Positions 28,537 to 38,426 are shown, counted from the first letter of the stretch. The stretch is 64,000 nucleotides of DNA from Saprospiraceae bacterium (GCA_036479655.1 JAZGFO010000056.1:20451-84450), one strand, 5' to 3'. A program made the numbers and translations. Notes: a model not told the origin generated them from the sequence alone.

Positions 28537-31500
28537 TTGAGAAACTATTACAAGTTTATACTTCTTTTTATTGTTAGTATTAGTATTTATACTATTGGTC
28601 ATTCGCAATGTAATGATCCGGTTCCATCACCAGGATTGTTTTGTAGTACTGATCACCCTGACAGTCCAGCTCCTATTATATGTTCACTTGATTGTTTGGA
28701 TGGATTTATGGGAACGTTACCTGACACTTTAATGATGCCTCAACCAGACCCACTTTGTGATGGTGGTATTCCTAATAATTTGTCGTGGTTTGCATTTACT
28801 GCTGGTAGTGAAATAATTGACATTTCTATCATTCCTTCTAATTGTACATTACCATTAGACGACAACGGTAACCAAACCACAATAGGTATTCAAGCGGGAA
28901 TTTATCAAGATTGTTCTTGGCAAAATAGTATAGTTTGTGCTACAGATGGTTGTCTTGATATGGTAGCAGAAACAGTCAATTTGTTTAGTAATGATTTTGT
29001 AATTGGTCAAACTTATTATCTTTTTGTAGATGGTTGTGGTGGTAGTGTGTGCGATTACACTGTTGTTGTAAATGCAGGGGATCAAGCTTTTGAAATGCAA
29101 GAAATAACAACAATTTCAAATGATTTGAATATTGATATTGAAAACGACACACTTTGTCAAAACATTGATATTACATTTACTCTTGATGACTTAGACTTTG
29201 ATGTAAATTTTGATTGGACTATTTTTCCAAGCACTACAGATTATCCTTCGGGGTCTCACCCAGTGATTGATACTAATTCTGTAACATTTACATTTAGTGA
29301 TACTGGCAGATTTGAAATTTATGTATACGCATACAATTTTTGTGACGCATCTACGACTGATACTTTTGAAGTCTATGTACAAGCACTTTCTGACGAATAT
29401 TTTAGTGATATTACGATTTGCCAAGAATGTTTTCCGATTATGTTGATTTCTCCAGGAGATGGATGTCTCAATACACCTATTGGCGGTACTCCAACTATAC
29501 TTACAGAAGACCCCAATGGAGACGGAGTACCGGGTTGGTTAGGTACTTCACTTATACATGGTCCAGGCTTAGATACTAATCTGGTCAATGTCAATGGCTG
29601 CGAATATCTGCAAATTGTAAATGTAATAGAAATACCAATCTCTCCTAGAGTAGAAGTAGATTATTACTTTTGTTTAACCGATTTTCCCAAAACAATAAAT
29701 GGTATAATTTTTAACGCACCTGGTGACACAAAAAACCTAACATTGGACGGTGCCGCTTCAAGTGGGTGCGATAGTTTGATAAGTATTACGGTGCATGCCA
29801 TCGACCTTTTTGGCACTACAGAAATTGGAAATTGTGATGATGGAATGGTAGAGTTGGGTTATAATATTATTAATATACTACCATCAGACTACGAAAATAT
29901 TGAATATGAATGGTATGATGAAAATGGAGATATAGTCTTGGATTCTGATGGTATTGATTCTGTGCTTATGGTAGGAGGGATCGGTTCTTATTCCGTCAAA
30001 ATAACTATCACTAAAGATGGTACTTCTTGTGCTCAAACCTTTGGTCCATTTATGGTCGATGTAGATAATCTTTCTCCAGAAACTCCAACAATTACATTTT
30101 CTCCTATCGAGATATGTCAGACATTGAACACCGCTCAAATATATGTTGCTACTCAAAATTTAGGCGAGGATTATATCTGGACTGTATCACCCAATCTACC
30201 ATTTTTGACTGGAAGTTCTTCAGATACTATTTTTGTAGATATTACCAGTGGGCAAGATTTTGAATTTTGTGTTCATGCTGTCAATGGTTGTGGTATTAGT
30301 GATTCTATTTGTGCAGAAGTTATTGTTAATTTGTCTCCTGAGTCTATATTTACGGTAAGTGCCGAAAACTGTATTGATAGCATCGTAACAGTTACATATA
30401 ATGGTACTAATGGACAATTGCCAAGTAGTAACTTTTTTTGGAATTTTAATGGCGGCACTATTGTAAATGGGGCAGATATAAATAGTGCTGGACCTTTTCA
30501 ATTAAGTTTTATAGCTGAGGGAATGTATAATATACAACTAGTAATAGAAGAAAACGGATGTCTCTCCGATACAACTATTCATCCATTATCAATATTTATG
30601 CCTATAGATCCTCCAATTATTAACTGTACAAGCAATGCAGGTTCTGTAGTATTTAGTTGGGATAGTACAGGTATTGATGCTGTCCAAATCAATGTAGTTA
30701 GTGGTCAATCCTATACTACGACAAATGATACTTCAATAGTTATAAATGGTCTTACGTCTTCAGAAATGGTAAGTATAGAGTTGCTTTTTAATGCGGATGA
30801 TGTTTGTGGAGGTGTTTATTCATCATCTTTGTGTTCTTCTCTTCCTTGTCCAACTGTAGAGTTACAGTATATTAGTATAGATAGTGTATGCTTATCATCC
30901 AATACTGACAACATAGTATTAGAAGTTAATATTATTGGAGATAATTCTGGTATAGGAACTTGGTCATCACCAATGATAATTAATGATACAATTTTTGATG
31001 TTTCTGCTTCAGGATCTGGACAATTTCCAATATCATATTCTTATATAATTGGAGATTGTATGTTTACAATGGATACAACAATATATATATTTGATACTCC
31101 AAGTTTTGATTATCAGATCAATTTTCCTCTTTGTCAAGAAGATGGAGGTTTAAGCATGGACATTATGACTGATTCTGATAATGTAACAACGCTCAATGGA
31201 ACAGTAATCACTAATAATATTGGAATACAAATAGACCAAGGATCAGAATATACGATCGAAGTTTCTAACCTCAATAATTGTGTTGTTTCTGAAGTCTATT
31301 CTTCACCAATTATTGAAATAATGGATCCTACTATATCAATAATTGGAAATGAAAACATATTGCTTGGCGAATCAGAAAATTTTAGCATTGATACCGATAT
31401 TACTATTGATAATATTCAATATATCTGGGTATATGACATGGATACAATATGTGTAGATTGTGAATCTGTTTCTATTTCACCTGACTATAATGGAGCATTA

Positions 31501-31863
31501 TGTGTGTACGGTTATTATGGCGACTTTTGTCAAATAAGTGATTGTATAGCCATCAATCTTACCATAGAAACAGATATACATATACCTAATATTTTTTCTC
31601 CAAATAATGATGGAATGAATGATCAGTTTATCTTCCAAACAAATAGGCAAGAAACAATGGTGCTATCTTCAACAGTTTTTGACAGGTGGGGTAATAAAGT
31701 GTACCAGACTACTGGTTACTTACTCACAGAAAATAGTATAGGTTGGGATGGAAAATTTAATAATAAAAATTGCCCTCCTGGAGTATATGTCTATCTTATA
31801 CAATACTTAAATCAAAATGACGAAGTTAAAATTAAGAAAGGAGATGTGACATTAGTCCGATAA
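28537..31863 (+). CDS. T9SS type-B (gliding-motility C-terminal domain) secreted protein, 1,108 aa
   Basis: Signal peptide. N-terminal domain paralogous to 9951..12938 (NLSWFAFTA, GIQAGIYQDC, GQTYYLFVDGCGGSVCDYTVVV). C-terminal IPNIFSPNNDGMNDQF ... FDRWGNKVY ... GVYVYLI. Confidence 0.9.
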   Translation: MRNYYKFILLFIVSISIYTIGHSQCNDPVPSPGLFCSTDHPDSPAPIICSLDCLDGFMGTLPDTLMMPQPDPLCDGGIPNNLSWFAFTAGSEIIDISIIPSNCTLPLDDNGNQTTIGIQAGIYQDCSWQNSIVCATDGCLDMVAETVNLFSNDFVIGQTYYLFVDGCGGSVCDYTVVVNAGDQAFEMQEITTISNDLNIDIENDTLCQNIDITFTLDDLDFDVNFDWTIFPSTTDYPSGSHPVIDTNSVTFTFSDTGRFEIYVYAYNFCDASTTDTFEVYVQALSDEYFSDITICQECFPIMLISPGDGCLNTPIGGTPTILTEDPNGDGVPGWLGTSLIHGPGLDTNLVNVNGCEYLQIVNVIEIPISPRVEVDYYFCLTDFPKTINGIIFNAPGDTKNLTLDGAASSGCDSLISITVHAIDLFGTTEIGNCDDGMVELGYNIINILPSDYENIEYEWYDENGDIVLDSDGIDSVLMVGGIGSYSVKITITKDGTSCAQTFGPFMVDVDNLSPETPTITFSPIEICQTLNTAQIYVATQNLGEDYIWTVSPNLPFLTGSSSDTIFVDITSGQDFEFCVHAVNGCGISDSICAEVIVNLSPESIFTVSAENCIDSIVTVTYNGTNGQLPSSNFFWNFNGGTIVNGADINSAGPFQLSFIAEGMYNIQLVIEENGCLSDTTIHPLSIFMPIDPPIINCTSNAGSVVFSWDSTGIDAVQINVVSGQSYTTTNDTSIVINGLTSSEMVSIELLFNADDVCGGVYSSSLCSSLPCPTVELQYISIDSVCLSSNTDNIVLEVNIIGDNSGIGTWSSPMIINDTIFDVSASGSGQFPISYSYIIGDCMFTMDTTIYIFDTPSFDYQINFPLCQEDGGLSMDIMTDSDNVTTLNGTVITNNIGIQIDQGSEYTIEVSNLNNCVVSEVYSSPIIEIMDPTISIIGNENILLGESENFSIDTDITIDNIQYIWVYDMDTICVDCESVSISPDYNGALCVYGYYGDFCQISDCIAINLTIETDIHIPNIFSPNNDGMNDQFIFQTNRQETMVLSSTVFDRWGNKVYQTTGYLLTENSIGWDGKFNNKNCPPGVYVYLIQYLNQNDEVKIKKGDVTLVR

Positions 31864-32152
31864 TTATTTTCATCTTATTTATGGAATTACATAATATAAG
31901 TTAACTGTATAATTCTACAAATCAAGCTGCAAAAATAAGCTATAAAGTCGTTCCTTAAAAACTTAAATTTTTCAAAAACACAATAATAACGAACAATAAA
32001 CAGTTATTAACCCAATCATATTATTCATAAAAATATTTAGCCTATTGATATATTATACATTTAAGATTTAAATATCACTGATTATAAAAAATTACATTTA
32101 ACGTGTGACAATATAATTGTGATAATTCCAAAAATGTCGAAAATATATCATT

Positions 32153-33664
32153 ATGAAGCTACCAACAATTATTTTACTATTCTTTTTCGGGTTCTCAATC
32201 AATGCAAGTGCTGGATGTATAAAGGGAAATTGTAAAAATGGAAAAGGTGTACTAATATCTCATTCTGGAGATAGATATGAAGGAAATTTTAAAAATAATA
32301 ATCTAACTGGAAAAGGAAAATGGAAATCTAAATCGGGAGATAGATATCGTGGAGAATTTGTGAATGGGAGAATCGAAGGAAAAGGTAAAATGACTTTTAC
32401 TAATGGAGATTATTATATCGGTGAATTTGTAAATGGACAGTTTCAAGGCCGAGGAAAATATACCTATGCTAATGGTCAGTATTCTATTGGCTCGTGGATC
32501 AATGGTAAAATTAGACAAGAATCTAATACAAACAATACAACATTTGTAGATAATAAAAGTGAAAATAATAACAATAGTTATACCAATACCACAATCAATA
32601 ATAATGAAGGAGCACCAATAGGATTTGCTAATATTACTAAAGATTGTACAATGAAAAATTGTCATAACGAATTAGGGGTATACAATTATTCTGATGGGTC
32701 TAGATACTTAGGTCAATTTATGAATGGATCACCTAAAGGAGAAGGAAGATGTGAATATTTCAATGGAGATCTTTATGAAGGAAGTTGGGCATTGCATGCT
32801 CCTCATGGAAAAGGAGTAATGACATTTTCTTCAGGTAAAAAGTATGCCGCTATCTGGGATTATGGCAATCCAAAAGAACAATTACTAGAGGATATTAACT
32901 ATGTTCCTAAGATCAATTCTAATAAACCCAAATTTTCAGAAGAAGTAAATGTGTATGCATTGGTAGTAGGTGTAGCAAGTTATCAGCATTTGTCTTCTCT
33001 TAAATATACTGACGATGATGCTTATCAAGTATATGCATTTCTCAAGAGCCCAGAAGGAGGAGCAATACCCAATGATAATATCAAAGTACTTATTGACGAT
33101 GTAGCCACTAAGAATAATATACTGATGTCGATGGAACAGTTATTCTCAAAAGCAGATGCTAATGATGTAGTACTACTATACTTATCTGGTCATGGATTTG
33201 ATGGCGCTTTTGTACCTAGTGATTTTGATGGTTATAAGAATCAATTGCCTTATAATGATATTATGAATGTACTTCAAAAATCAGATGCCAAATACAAATT
33301 AGCAATCGCAGATGCATGTCATTCTGGAAGTATTGTTAATAATAAAGGAATAGATTATGCACCAGCATTGGAATCTTACTATAATATATTAGAAGATTTG
33401 GACAATGGTGGTACAGCATTATTATTGTCTTCAGCAGCTAGCGAAGTCTCTTTAGAATATTCGGGGTTGCGCCAAGGAGTTTTTAGTCATTATTTGATGA
33501 ATGGACTTAAAGGTGCCGCAGATAGTAATCAAAACAAAGTAGTTACGCTTACAGAATTGTATGGTTACATCTACAGCAATGTAAGAAACTATACAGCTAA
33601 TAAACAAAGTCCAATATTGACTGGAAATTTTAATGGTAACATGCCTGTTGCAGTGATCAGATGA
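32153..33664 (+). CDS. MORN-repeat / caspase-family (peptidase C14) exported lipoprotein
   Basis: Signal plus lipobox-like INASAGC. Repeated YxGxxxxGxxxGxG MORN units in two blocks separated by an N-rich linker. C-terminal caspase fold with LYLSGHG (His347) and IADACHSG (Cys389). Confidence 0.85.
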   Translation: MKLPTIILLFFFGFSINASAGCIKGNCKNGKGVLISHSGDRYEGNFKNNNLTGKGKWKSKSGDRYRGEFVNGRIEGKGKMTFTNGDYYIGEFVNGQFQGRGKYTYANGQYSIGSWINGKIRQESNTNNTTFVDNKSENNNNSYTNTTINNNEGAPIGFANITKDCTMKNCHNELGVYNYSDGSRYLGQFMNGSPKGEGRCEYFNGDLYEGSWALHAPHGKGVMTFSSGKKYAAIWDYGNPKEQLLEDINYVPKINSNKPKFSEEVNVYALVVGVASYQHLSSLKYTDDDAYQVYAFLKSPEGGAIPNDNIKVLIDDVATKNNILMSMEQLFSKADANDVVLLYLSGHGFDGAFVPSDFDGYKNQLPYNDIMNVLQKSDAKYKLAIADACHSGSIVNNKGIDYAPALESYYNILEDLDNGGTALLLSSAASEVSLEYSGLRQGVFSHYLMNGLKGAADSNQNKVVTLTELYGYIYSNVRNYTANKQSPILTGNFNGNMPVAVIR

Positions 33665-33676
33665 TTCAAAATTATA

Positions 33677-35326
33677 TTATTGAGCCATTTTGGAATGATT
33701 AATTTCTATTAAATACCTATTCCGTATATTTTCTTTACGGCTCTTAGGATTAAGAAATTTTATATTGAGCCTGGTCACAGCAAAATCCTCGTAAGCTTGA
33801 ATGATTTTGTATGATATATTTCCATTTTCTAATTCCAGCAAACCAATATCATCAGTGTATAAGTACTTATCGTTAAATGTGAGTTCAGATATCGAACTTT
33901 TAAATGAAAATGTTTTCCCTCCTTGAAAATCTATCGCATGCATATGCTTTTTAAAGCAAGTAAAATGTATCTTTTCTTTTGGGTGATCTTTAAGCCATTT
34001 ACCAACAATCGATGTACTTTGATAGGTCAAAAGACTTGGATACGTATGACCATTGAGAATAAGATTGATTCCAATAGCTGTTATTGCTGTTGCAAAAACA
34101 ACAGCTTTGAAGTTTTTTAATCTAATAATTATCCATATAACTAAACCAAGCAATGCAATACTTACTGATGCTACAAACAGACTAACTGGAGTAAATACGT
34201 AGAATAAAAGCACAAAAGCAATAATCCATAATAAACCCAAAATTGCAAATTGCCCATATTTTAGAATAAAATTAGTCTTTTTTATTTTATCAATATACGC
34301 TGCTAATAGCATTGCTGCCAATGGAAATACCACAAAAATATAATGTGGTAATTTGTACTTTGATATCGAAAATGCAATAAAAGGCAGTAAGAATCCGAAA
34401 ATACTTATATACTCTGAATATTTAGACTTTTTTCTGTAATTCCTTAGACGATCAACTAATGCAGGGATTAAGATTAATGTCCAAGGTAGGAATGCCCATA
34501 ATAATGTATGAATAAAGAAAAATGGACCAGCATTATTAGACCATACATTTTCTCCTGTTAATCTTCCAAAGCTCTGTTCCCAAAAATAAAAATATACTCC
34601 ACTGACCCCAGTTTTACCATTTACAAAAATTTCTGGATGGCTATCAAATTGGGTATAGAGACCATAGGTCATTGGTGATAATATTAATGCTATTGTTCCA
34701 AGTCCAATAATCCACTGCCATTTAAATATGACTTTCCATTGTCTATTCATCAATACATCACCTCCAATAGCTAAAAACGGAACCATTATTCCTATTGGTC
34801 CTTTAGCAAGCATTGCCAATGCTATACCTATAGAACCTAAAAATAAGTTTTTATAATTTTGTTTTTCAATGTATTGAGACAATTGCCAAATTGCAAAAGT
34901 CACCGAACCTATTAAAATAGAGTCAGTCCTTACATCTAATGTTATAGAATATAATCCTTGTACTGAACCAATAATAATAGCTGCTATCAGACCTGCCCTA
35001 TTTCCGTAATAATACTTAGTTAATTTGTATGTCGAAAAAATCGTCAATAAAGCAAATAGAAAAGATGGAAATTTGTAAGCAAAATTAGATACCCCAAAAA
35101 TCTTGAAACTAAATGCGGATAACCAAAACAACAATGGCGGTTTGTCCAAATATGGCATTTGCCTATGGTATAATTGCAGCCATTGTCCATCTTGAACCAT
35201 CTCCTGTGCTATCGAAGCATATTGGCTAGCATCGATATCCATGACATCTACAAATAGCCCCATAAAATGAACAAGAATAATGGCAACTATTAAGTAAAGA
35301 TGAATTTTGTGTTCATCTAGTTTCAT
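33677..35326 (-). CDS. GT39/ArnT-like membrane glycosyltransferase
   Basis: 549 aa and polytopic. N-terminal DASQYASIAQEM ... YLDKPPLLFW motif typical of PMT/ArnT-type transferases. Confidence 0.8.
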   Translation of the reverse strand: MKLDEHKIHLYLIVAIILVHFMGLFVDVMDIDASQYASIAQEMVQDGQWLQLYHRQMPYLDKPPLLFWLSAFSFKIFGVSNFAYKFPSFLFALLTIFSTYKLTKYYYGNRAGLIAAIIIGSVQGLYSITLDVRTDSILIGSVTFAIWQLSQYIEKQNYKNLFLGSIGIALAMLAKGPIGIMVPFLAIGGDVLMNRQWKVIFKWQWIIGLGTIALILSPMTYGLYTQFDSHPEIFVNGKTGVSGVYFYFWEQSFGRLTGENVWSNNAGPFFFIHTLLWAFLPWTLILIPALVDRLRNYRKKSKYSEYISIFGFLLPFIAFSISKYKLPHYIFVVFPLAAMLLAAYIDKIKKTNFILKYGQFAILGLLWIIAFVLLFYVFTPVSLFVASVSIALLGLVIWIIIRLKNFKAVVFATAITAIGINLILNGHTYPSLLTYQSTSIVGKWLKDHPKEKIHFTCFKKHMHAIDFQGGKTFSFKSSISELTFNDKYLYTDDIGLLELENGNISYKIIQAYEDFAVTRLNIKFLNPKSRKENIRNRYLIEINHSKMAQ

Positions 35327-35432
35327 GCTAATCAGTTTTTTATATCAACACAATGTAGGAAAGATTTTTGGGTGTATGTAATCCTGTGTAATTATATTAA
35401 CTGTTCTTTATTTAATATATCCAGTTCAAAAC

Positions 35433-35465
35433 AAAAAAGAGACAATCTAAATATTAGACTGTCCC
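35433..35465 (-). terminator. Intrinsic terminator of the peroxiredoxin gene
   Basis: On the minus strand: gggacagtcta-atatt-tagattgtctc (11-bp stem with 2 G-U pairs) followed by T6. Confidence 0.7.
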
Positions 35466-35494
35466 TTTAAACTATACTTGGTTTCAATATAAGT

Positions 35495-36151
35495 TTATAA
35501 ATCTCTTTTACATAAATAGAAATCAACTTTTTCACAAGAAGTATCATTGATTCTTTGATTCATTTCGTCAAGATTTTTTGGTGGAGGAATAATTACTTTA
35601 TCACCTCTTTTCCAGTTTAATGGCATTGCACATTTATTAGCATCAGATACTTGAAGTGCATCTAAAGCTCTTAATATTTCATCCATATTTCTACCTACAT
35701 TCAATGGGTAATACATTATTAAACGTATTTTTTTTGATGGATCAATAAAGAACACTGCTCTTACTGCTGCAGTTTCACTTTCGTTAGGCTGTAGCATACC
35801 ATATAGCTTTGATACTTTCATATCAATATCTGCTATTATTGGAAAATCTAAATATACACCTGTGTTGTTTCTTACATTATTAACCCATGCTAAATGAGAG
35901 TGAATACTATCAATACTTAGGCCGATAAGCTCTGTATTAAGTGCTGTAAATTCATCTTTTCTCTCGGCAAATCCAGACATCTCAGTCGTACAAACTGGAG
36001 TAAAATCTGCTGGATGAGAGAATAATACAATCCAATTGTCCTTAGCAAAATTTGAAAATTTAATCTTTCCTTTAGTCGTCACAGCTTCAAAATCTGGAGC
36101 TTGATCACCTATTCGAGGCATAATATTAGCCGTTTGTTCTACGTTTTCCAT
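35495..36151 (-). CDS. 1-Cys peroxiredoxin (Prx6-type)
   Basis: FSHPADFTPVCTTE active-site motif. 218 aa with the long C-terminal extension typical of 1-Cys Prx. Confidence 0.9.
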   Translation of the reverse strand: MENVEQTANIMPRIGDQAPDFEAVTTKGKIKFSNFAKDNWIVLFSHPADFTPVCTTEMSGFAERKDEFTALNTELIGLSIDSIHSHLAWVNNVRNNTGVYLDFPIIADIDMKVSKLYGMLQPNESETAAVRAVFFIDPSKKIRLIMYYPLNVGRNMDEILRALDALQVSDANKCAMPLNWKRGDKVIIPPPKNLDEMNQRINDTSCEKVDFYLCKRDL

Positions 36152-36346
36152 ATGTTATTATTTTATAGTTTTAATGTGAAGCAAAGATAAAGACAGATCA
36201 ACTATAAAACAAATTAATAGTATCTATGACAATATAGATAATGTCTATATTGTGCACGTGAAATAATAAACATCAAGAATACTTACTTAGTTGTGTAACA
36301 AGGGTGCATGAAAGAAATGCAGGATCCAGTATCAATATAATAATGA

Positions 36347-36385
36347 AAATGAAGTTTAAAAATGAAGTTTAAAAATGAAAATAAA
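36347..36385. repeat. 13-bp tandem repeat (aaatgaagtttaa x2 plus a degenerate third unit)
   Basis: Direct reading: aaatgaagtttaa (36347..36359), aaatgaagtttaa (36360..36372), aaatgaaaataaa (36373..36385). Confidence 0.8.
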
Positions 36386-36390
36386 AAAAA

Positions 36391-36443
36391 GTGGGGTTAG
36401 AAACAGGCGTTTCTGACCCCAGCTATCACGATAAACCAATTAC
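36391..36443 (-). repeat. Hairpin element copy 1 (terminator-like; candidate small RNA 3' module)
   Basis: gtggggttagaaacaggcgtttctgaccccagctatcacgataaaccaattac. 12-bp stem 36393..36404 / 36409..36420 with loop aggc. On the minus strand the hairpin is followed by T8. Confidence 0.75.
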
Positions 36444-36510
36444 GACTTACATCAATTTTATTCTAAAAAACTGATTATATATTATTTAAAGTTGTAATAA
36501 ATTCGATAAA

Positions 36511-36563
36511 GTGGGGATAAAAACAGGCGTTTTTACCCCCAGCTATCACGATAAACCAATTAC
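36511..36563 (-). repeat. Hairpin element copy 2, exactly 120 bp from copy 1
   Basis: gtggggataaaaacaggcgtttttacccccagctatcacgataaaccaattac. Same 23-nt flank and same loop. One stem pair shows a compensatory G:C to A:T change relative to copy 1. Confidence 0.75.
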
Positions 36564-36692
36564 ATCTTAAATTGTCAATGTTATAGAAACAAACATCGCT
36601 ATTTTTTTTTAAAAATCAAAAGAATACAAGATAAAAAATTAACATTTTCTTAATATATCAATTTTATTGTTGCATAATATTGATTACACCTA

Positions 36693-37649
36693 CTATAATG
36701 TTGCTTTATACTTTTTAAGCGCCTCCGTCAATCTAGGTACTATTTCAAATAAGTCACCTAACACACCATAGTCAGCTGCTTTAAAAAATGGTGCCTCTGG
36801 GTCTTTATTAATCACAACGATAACCTTAGAATTATTAACTCCTGCCAAATGTTGTATTGCTCCACTTATCCCTGCGGCTATATAAAGATTGGGTTTTATA
36901 GCTACACCTGTTTGCCCTACGTGTTCATGGTGTGGTCTCCATCCAATATCAGCTACTGGCCTGCTGCAAGCTGTAGTTGCACCTAATACTTGAGCCAATT
37001 CTTCAATTATTCCCCAATTTTCAGGACCTTTCATTCCTCTCCCAGCTGACACGACTAACTCTGCTTCTGGTAACGGTACTGATCCTTCTTCACGTTTTGT
37101 CTCTATTACTTTTACCGATGCTTCAGGTATTTTGATATCAATAGATTCAGCAGTAACAGGAGAACCAATTTCTCGAATTTTAAAAGAATTACCAGAGAGC
37201 GACAAAATTAATTTTTCAGATTTTACTTCGTATTCCCCTATTGCTTTTCCCGAAAATAAAGATTTTTTTACTTTGTAGCTTCCATTATAAGTTGGGACAC
37301 TATTGACACTTGATACAGATCCTGCATTTAATCTTATTGCCAATCTACCTACTAAAGATTTCCCATTTGCAGTGTGCGATACAATTACCACTTTTGCATT
37401 TACATTATTTGCAACTTGAGATATTATATTTGTATGTGCTTTACTATCAAAATCAGAAATACTATTTATATGTATTACTTTATCTGCTCCATATATTCCA
37501 AGATCACCAGCAGAATCTGTATTTCCTAATACAAGTGCTACACAATCTACGCCAAGTACTTCTGCTACTTTTTTACCATAGAAGACACATTCTTGAGCTG
37601 TTTTTTTAATTGTATTGCTTTGTGCTTCTGCATATATTAATACTGCCAT
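36693..37649 (-). CDS. etfA: Electron transfer flavoprotein subunit alpha
   Basis: C-terminal FAD-binding PNLYIAAGISGAIQHLAG ... INKDPEAPFF. Confidence 0.95.
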   Translation of the reverse strand: MAVLIYAEAQSNTIKKTAQECVFYGKKVAEVLGVDCVALVLGNTDSAGDLGIYGADKVIHINSISDFDSKAHTNIISQVANNVNAKVVIVSHTANGKSLVGRLAIRLNAGSVSSVNSVPTYNGSYKVKKSLFSGKAIGEYEVKSEKLILSLSGNSFKIREIGSPVTAESIDIKIPEASVKVIETKREEGSVPLPEAELVVSAGRGMKGPENWGIIEELAQVLGATTACSRPVADIGWRPHHEHVGQTGVAIKPNLYIAAGISGAIQHLAGVNNSKVIVVINKDPEAPFFKAADYGVLGDLFEIVPRLTEALKKYKATL

Positions 37650-37685
37650 ATTTTTATTTTTAAAAGTTCTTTACTAATTTTTAAT

Positions 37686-38426
37686 CTAGATTACCTTCGC
37701 TTCTTCATTTAGTAATCTTACTAATTCTTCCATATTTTCAGCATCAATCATTTTTACACCAGACTTAGTTTCTGGCTTACTATATTTTATAATTTCAACT
37801 GGATTATCAACGACAGAAGGAGAAACAACATTAAGTGGTTTTCTTTTTGACATCATTATTCCCCTCATATTAGCTATTCTTTGTTCTGCCAATCCTTTAG
37901 CAGCGGATAATACAAACGCTCCATTAACTTCTGATACTTCAACACCACCTTCTATTTCTCGAGTAATAGTTGCTGTATTTCCATTAACTTCCATATTACT
38001 AACATAAGACAAAAAAGGTAGATCAAGCAATTCTGCTACCATAGCTCCCACTTGAGAACCATTAAAATCTATCGTCTCCTTTCCAAAGAAGATAATGTCA
38101 TAAGCTTCATCTTTTATATGATTCGCTATTTGGCTAGCAGTATAGTATGCACTGAGCGCCTCTGTGTCTATTCTTGTAGCATCATCTGCACCTAATGCAA
38201 GACCTTTTCTGATTATAATATCATTAGCAGCTGGGCCTACACTCAATAAAGATACTGTACCTTCATTTGCCTCTTTCAATTCTAATGCTCTTACTAACGA
38301 GTACCATTCATCATAAGGATTCATGATATATTGTACACCATCAGAATTAAACTGTGTGTCATCATTGGTAAAAGTAATTTTTGCAGTTGTCTCAGGTGTT
38401 TTACTTATACAAACTAATAATTTCAT
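37686..38426 (-). CDS. etfB: Electron transfer flavoprotein subunit beta
   Basis: MKLLVCISKTPETTAKI ... MNPYDEWYSLVRALELKE. 246 aa, immediately upstream of etfA. Confidence 0.95.
   Translation of the reverse strand: MKLLVCISKTPETTAKITFTNDDTQFNSDGVQYIMNPYDEWYSLVRALELKEANEGTVSLLSVGPAANDIIIRKGLALGADDATRIDTEALSAYYTASQIANHIKDEAYDIIFFGKETIDFNGSQVGAMVAELLDLPFLSYVSNMEVNGNTATITREIEGGVEVSEVNGAFVLSAAKGLAEQRIANMRGIMMSKRKPLNVVSPSVVDNPVEIIKYSKPETKSGVKMIDAENMEELVRLLNEEAKVI

Noticed and set aside
36391-36563. Possible CRISPR array (two similar hairpin-containing repeats at regular spacing)
   Set aside because: There are only two copies. The repeat is 53 bp with a 67-bp interval, there is no third unit, and no cas genes occur anywhere in the window. 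A U-tail follows the hairpin. It fits a terminator or sRNA module better.
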